Source: Phycisphaerales bacterium (GTDB lineage: Bacteria; Planctomycetota; Phycisphaerae; UBA1845). Taken from it: 64,000 bases of DNA. Within the stretch, counting starts at the first letter, position 1; the number at the start of each line of letters is the position of its first letter. The notes beneath the pieces were generated by a model. The model searched no databases and was not told the origin of the DNA. It worked only from the letters and a program-made list of their open reading frames with translations. A program made the translations under genes and the position numbers. Below are positions 59,678 to 64,000 of this stretch, in pieces. Location of the stretch: positions 3,429 to 67,428 of the forward strand of contig JACKHH010000018.1 in NCBI GenBank assembly GCA_020639095.1, given 5' to 3'.

Positions 59678-62409
59678 TACTTCGAAGCAGCTTGCGTGAG
59701 CGCGGTGCCGTTGGTTGTCATGCCGGCGGTACCGCTCACTTCTTCGTCCGCCTTCAGTTTCGTTCGCCACTCGGCGAGCTTGTCGGATTGCGCTGTCGCG
59801 CGATACAGCGCGACGATGTCACCCACCGCGACCTGTGTGCGGCGATCGTCCGGACCGGCAGTGCCTGCGAACAGATCGTACGCCTTGAGCAGTTTTGCTT
59901 CCGCGTCGTCGAAGCGTTCGAGCTTGGTCAGGCACTGGCCCCAGCCCAGGTACGCCCCAGCGATGTTGAGCACGTCCTCAGTGTGCGACCGCTCCCAGCG
60001 TTTGACCATCTCCTGGTAGAGTTCCTCACTCGCGGCGAAGTCGCCTTTGTCGTCGTACAGCCGGGCAATGTCGCGCAAGCAGAAGATGGTGTCGGGATGG
60101 TCTTCGCCGAGTACTTCGGTGTGCAGCTTCAGGGCGGTGCGATGCAGTTGCTCGGCTTCATCGAAGCGCCCCTGCATGCGGCGCAGCGTGCCCAAGTTGC
60201 ACATCGAGAGCATAGCGTGCGGATGCTTTTCGCCCAGCACGCGCGTGCGCGCTTCCAACGCGGTTTCGAGCAGCGGTTCCGCTTCCGCAAGATTGCCCTG
60301 CTGCATGTACGCGAAACCGAGATTGTTCAGCGTCACCAATGTTTGCGGATGATCATCGCCAAGCACCTGCTGCTGCGCTTTCAGCACTTCCTGCAAGATC
60401 CCGATTGCTTGATCGGCTTGGCCGATGAGGTTGTAGAATGACGCGAGATTGTTTCCGCACGTCAGCGTAAGCGGATGCAGCGGGCCCGCCATTTTCTGCG
60501 ACAGGGCATACGCCTCCTTGTACAGCGCGGCCGCGTCATCGTAGCGGTCCAGCACGGCATAGAGCTGTCCGAGATTGCCGACCATCTGAACGAGGTCGAG
60601 ATCATCGTCGCGCGCCGAGGCCTTTCCGATTTCGACGCCGCGCTCCATCAGCGGGATCGCCTCCGCCTGCTTGCCGGCGCGCTGGAGCACGAACGCGAGG
60701 CTGTTCATGGCCGTCGCGGTCTCCATGGTGTTTTCTCCATTGACGCGCCGGCTGAACTCGTAGAGCCTGCGGAACAACCTCTCCGCCTCATCGTAGTTGC
60801 CCATGTGGTACTCAACGGCTGCCAGCGACGTCACGGCTTCGCGGACGCCGATGTCGTTTGGTGGCAGGTTCGCATCGCGCAGCTCGACGGCGCGCTGGAG
60901 GTGGGGCAGCGCGGCCGTGAGTTCGCCGAGCTGCGTATAAGTCGCGCCCAGCGTCGTGCGAATGGCCGCTTCGACCAGCGGTTCGTCGGGGAATTTGCCG
61001 TCGATGTGCGCCGCGGCTGCGTCAAGTGCAGCCCGCAGCGTGATGTTCGGATCGGACGTGTTCTGCGGCGAAACCGCAGCCAACAGGTCATCGTTGAGAA
61101 ATGCGTTGACCGCCGTCGCGATGCGCGCCTGCCGCTGCGCTTCCACCGTGCTCGCCTCCGCGATCTCGCGCTGCGCGCGTTCAGCTTGACGCGCCGACTC
61201 GGCGCGCAAGTAGAGCACCGTGCTCAGCACGCCGCCCGCGATCAACGCGACGATGGCGCACAGCGACGCCGCGGCGAACCCGCGATTGCGCCGCGCGAAC
61301 ACGCGAAGCTGGTAGATCACGCTCGGAGGCCGGGCGGAGATGGGGTGACCGGTAAGATAATTCTGAAGGTCGCGGCGGAACTCGTCGGTCGATTGATAGC
61401 GGCGGTGCGGTTCCTTCTCGAGCGCTTTGAGCACAATCGTTTCGAGGTCGCCGCGCAGCCTGCGGTTGTGCGCGCCGAGGCGCGTCGGCTGCGATTCGCG
61501 AATGCGTCGCGCGGCTTCGATGATCGTGAGATTGCGCACGTGGTAGGGCAACTCGCCCGACATCAGTTCGTGGAGCAGCACGCCCAAGGCGTAAACATCG
61601 CTGCGCGTGTCGATTGCGCTGGGGTCAGCCTCCACCTGCTCGGGCGACATGTACTGCAACGTGCCAATGAGCTGACCGATCTCGGTGCGCAGCGTGGTCA
61701 CGGACAGATCGGCATGCGTCGCGCGGGCCACACCGAAGTCGATCACCTTCACGTGCCCGTCGCTGTCGACCAGCACGTTGCCCGGTTTGAGGTCGCGATG
61801 AATGATGCCGTGCTGATGGCCATGCTGGATCGCGTCGCAAACTTTGAGGAACAGCTCGACGCGCGCGGGCGTGGAAAGATGGTTGTCCTCGGCGTAACGC
61901 GTGATCGGCTTGGCGTTTGCGACATATTCCATCGCGAAGTAGGGCATTTCGCGATCGTCCACGCGATGCACGCCCGTCTCGTAAACCTGTGCAATGCCGG
62001 GGTGCCGCAAGCGCGCGAGGATCGCGGACTCATACTCAAAGCGCCGCCGCGCCGACTCCGACGCCAACCCCTCGCGCATCACCTTGAGCGCCACCGCGCG
62101 CTGCGGGTTTTTCTGCATGGCTTCGTAAACGATGCCCATGCCTCCGCCACCGATCACCCGCAGAATTTCGTAGTCACCGATGCGCCGCGGCATTGACGAG
62201 TCGCCTGCCGCGTCGAAAGCAACGGCTGCTACGGGTGATTGCAGCAGGGCAGTCTCAGCCGCACTGTCCCCGAGAATGCGTTCGACCTGCACGCGCAGCT
62301 CCGCGTCATCGCCGCACGCGTCAGCCAAGTAGGCCAAGCGCGCCGCGCCCGACCGCTCAGACGCAGCCATCACGATCTGTTTCATCTGCTGATAGCGTTC
62401 AGGCGTCAC
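59677..62409 (-). CDS. Ser/Thr protein kinase with one TM segment and C-terminal TPR repeats
   Basis: GTG 62409. Kinase motifs GGGGMGIVYEA, VALKV, HRDLKPGNVLV, DFGVA, YMSPEQ. A TM segment near AASLCAIVALIAGGVLSTVLYL. About 450 aa of TPR_12-like repeats (YDEAE.L..RAL). Confidence 0.9.
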   Translation of the reverse strand: MTPERYQQMKQIVMAASERSGAARLAYLADACGDDAELRVQVERILGDSAAETALLQSPVAAVAFDAAGDSSMPRRIGDYEILRVIGGGGMGIVYEAMQKNPQRAVALKVMREGLASESARRRFEYESAILARLRHPGIAQVYETGVHRVDDREMPYFAMEYVANAKPITRYAEDNHLSTPARVELFLKVCDAIQHGHQHGIIHRDLKPGNVLVDSDGHVKVIDFGVARATHADLSVTTLRTEIGQLIGTLQYMSPEQVEADPSAIDTRSDVYALGVLLHELMSGELPYHVRNLTIIEAARRIRESQPTRLGAHNRRLRGDLETIVLKALEKEPHRRYQSTDEFRRDLQNYLTGHPISARPPSVIYQLRVFARRNRGFAAASLCAIVALIAGGVLSTVLYLRAESARQAERAQREIAEASTVEAQRQARIATAVNAFLNDDLLAAVSPQNTSDPNITLRAALDAAAAHIDGKFPDEPLVEAAIRTTLGATYTQLGELTAALPHLQRAVELRDANLPPNDIGVREAVTSLAAVEYHMGNYDEAERLFRRLYEFSRRVNGENTMETATAMNSLAFVLQRAGKQAEAIPLMERGVEIGKASARDDDLDLVQMVGNLGQLYAVLDRYDDAAALYKEAYALSQKMAGPLHPLTLTCGNNLASFYNLIGQADQAIGILQEVLKAQQQVLGDDHPQTLVTLNNLGFAYMQQGNLAEAEPLLETALEARTRVLGEKHPHAMLSMCNLGTLRRMQGRFDEAEQLHRTALKLHTEVLGEDHPDTIFCLRDIARLYDDKGDFAASEELYQEMVKRWERSHTEDVLNIAGAYLGWGQCLTKLERFDDAEAKLLKAYDLFAGTAGPDDRRTQVAVGDIVALYRATAQSDKLAEWRTKLKADEEVSGTAGMTTNGTALTQAASK

Positions 62410-63011
62410 GCGCTACTCTCCATCAGACCGTCGCTCAGCCTTTCCGCGAGCCAGTGCTTGGCCATTTTCCAATCGAGTTGCACGGTGCGCGGCGCGACGT
62501 TCAGAGCCGACGCCACTTCATCCACCGTGAGTCCGGCGAAGAAACGCAGCTCGGCGATCTGCGCTTGCCGCGCGTCGAGACGCGCCAATTCCTCCAGCGC
62601 GTCGTGCAGTGCGAGCACGTCGATCATCGAATCGTGCGACGGTGTCGCGAGTTCGCTGAACGTCACGTACTGCCGCACGAGATCGCCGCCGCGCTTGGCT
62701 GCCTGCTTGTCGCGGGCGTGATTGATCAGCACCTGGCGCATCGCGGTCGCAGCCACACGGAAGAAATGCAGGCGATCGCTCCACTGATCCGCATCACCTG
62801 CCGGTGGACGCACGAGCTTGAGGTAGGCTTCGTGTACGACCGCGGTCGGATCAAGCGTATGCCCCACGTCCTGGCTGCGGAAGAGTCGGCCCGCGAGGCT
62901 GCGCAGCTCCGCGTACACCAGCGGCATCAGTTCGTCGGCTGCCCGCGAATCCGCAGTCCCGATCCGCCGCAGCAGCACCGTCACGTCGCCCTGACGCCCG
63001 TTTTCGTCCAT
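62406..63011 (-). CDS. ECF sigma factor of the kinase-associated type (TIGR02999-like)
   Basis: ATG 63011 inside ORF 62406..63410. N-terminus DVTVLLRRIGTADSRAADELMPLVYAELRSLA. Region 2 VVHEAYLKL. Region 4 LRFFAGLTVDEVASALNVAPRTVQLDWKMAKHWL. The stop overlaps the kinase GTG (GTGA). Confidence 0.85.
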   Translation of the reverse strand: MDENGRQGDVTVLLRRIGTADSRAADELMPLVYAELRSLAGRLFRSQDVGHTLDPTAVVHEAYLKLVRPPAGDADQWSDRLHFFRVAATAMRQVLINHARDKQAAKRGGDLVRQYVTFSELATPSHDSMIDVLALHDALEELARLDARQAQIAELRFFAGLTVDEVASALNVAPRTVQLDWKMAKHWLAERLSDGLMESSA

Positions 63012-63222
63012 GACACTCTGATCTGCGATTCGCGTACCCGACCGGAAATCCACAATTTGCGAAATGTTTTGCGCCCCGCACGCCCGGACCGTGTTTCTAC
63101 CTACAGGACCGGAATTCGGGCGATCCCCGCAGACTCGACAGAAGAATAACAGCCCCGGCAACAGCGTGCGGCCCATCCGCCGCCATTGTAGTGGGCACGA
63201 CAAATCCAAGAAAGGGAAAGAC

Positions 63223-64000
63223 ATGATAACCCGCACTGCCGCAACCAAGAACGGCGAGAAACGGTCACACGACAACGGCAAATCGCGCGATCCGCACGCG
63301 AACTCGACGGCGCTCGGCGATTCCCGGGGAATCCGTGATGGGGGAGTTTCCGAACCGCGGACTGCCGCCGTGGCTGAATTCGCTGCCGACGTCTTCTCCG
63401 AACGCGTCATGCGCGACCTGCTGCCCGAAGCGGTTTACTACTCGCTCACCCAGACCATCCGTCAAGGCCGGCGACTCGACGAGTCCGTTGCGGAAGCCGT
63501 CGCCAACGCCATGCGTGAATGGGCCATCGCCCGCGGCGCGACGCACTACTGCCACTGGTTCCAACCGCTCACCGGCTCGACCGCGGAAAAGCACGAAGCC
63601 CTCTACATCTCCGACGGCAACGGTGGGGCGTTGACCTCCTTCGGCGCGTCAGCACTACTTCAAGGCGAACCCGACGCGTCGAGCTTCCCGTCGGGCGGAC
63701 TGCGTGCGACGGCGGAGGCCCGCGGCTACACCGCGTGGGACCCGACAAGCCCCGCGTTCCTCACCCGCTACGGGGGCAACATCGCGCTGTGCATTCCGAC
63801 CGTCTTCGTCTCGTGGACCGGTGAAGCGCTCGACAAGAAGACTCCGCTGTTGCGTTCGATCGACGCGCTCTCCGAGCAGGCCATGCGCATCCTCCACATC
63901 TTCGGGACCGACAACGGCGTCTCCCGCGTGCGCACCACCGTCGGCGCCGAGCAGGAGTACTTCCTCGTCGATGAACCGCAGTTCTTCGAGCGGCCGGACC
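63223..64000 (+). CDS. glnN: type III glutamine synthetase, 5' partial (continues past the window end)
   Basis: Not in the ORF track because it has no stop inside the window. Reading from ATG 63223 gives ...[30 protein letters not shown]...[31 protein letters not shown]...[14 protein letters not shown]...[11 protein letters not shown], the GlnN N-terminal signature. Confidence 0.85.
   Translation, partial: MITRTAATKNGEKRSHDNGKSRDPHANSTALGDSRGIRDGGVSEPRTAAVAEFAADVFSERVMRDLLPEAVYYSLTQTIRQGRRLDESVAEAVANAMREWAIARGATHYCHWFQPLTGSTAEKHEALYISDGNGGALTSFGASALLQGEPDASSFPSGGLRATAEARGYTAWDPTSPAFLTRYGGNIALCIPTVFVSWTGEALDKKTPLLRSIDALSEQAMRILHIFGTDNGVSRVRTTVGAEQEYFLVDEPQFFERPD

Overview
High-GC bacterial chromosomal segment. 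I call about 39 protein-coding genes and found no rRNA, tRNA, CRISPR array, transposase or integrase. The gene content includes a PEP-CTERM protein, a DUF1559-type prepilin-like protein, dockerin-like modules, an ECF sigma/Ser-Thr kinase pair and many glycoside hydrolases. This suggests Planctomycetota, possibly Phycisphaerae-like, but that is inference only.

Layout:
- 0.2-3.8 kb: a tiny Cys/Lys-rich lipoprotein followed by two alkaline-phosphatase/NPP-superfamily lipoproteins.
- 4-14.4 kb: housekeeping and envelope genes. These are an IPMS-like synthase, an alpha/beta hydrolase, PqiA/PqiB, a GNAT, a LOG/PpnN-like protein and amylosucrase.
- 14.5-54.2 kb: a large glycan-utilisation island.
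  - Secreted proteins: three that share an unassigned domain.
  - Hydrolases: three clan GH-A hydrolases, GxGYxYP, GH172/DUF2961, a giant GH2, GH38 and GH31.
  - Sugar catabolism: xylA/xylB, D-lyxose/mannose isomerase, a FucI-like isomerase and an FGGY pentulose kinase.
  - Other: a URO-D-like protein and an SSS transporter.
- 54.4-59.6 kb: an OmpR/HAMP two-component system divergent from an ArnT/PMT-like glycosyltransferase and a putative outer-membrane barrel.
- 59.7-63.0 kb: an ECF sigma factor translationally coupled to a Ser/Thr kinase-TPR protein.
- 63.2 kb to the window end: the 5' part of type III glutamine synthetase.

The most unusual sequence-level signal is that nearly every intergenic gap in the island is filled by one of at least six short repeat families (A-F here). 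Several of these supply stop codons, one may supply a start codon, and one supplies an in-frame 17-18 residue insertion to neighbouring genes.

Many long ORFs in the six-frame track are antisense shadows typical of high-GC DNA and are not called. All functional calls rest on motif recognition by eye; no searches were run.
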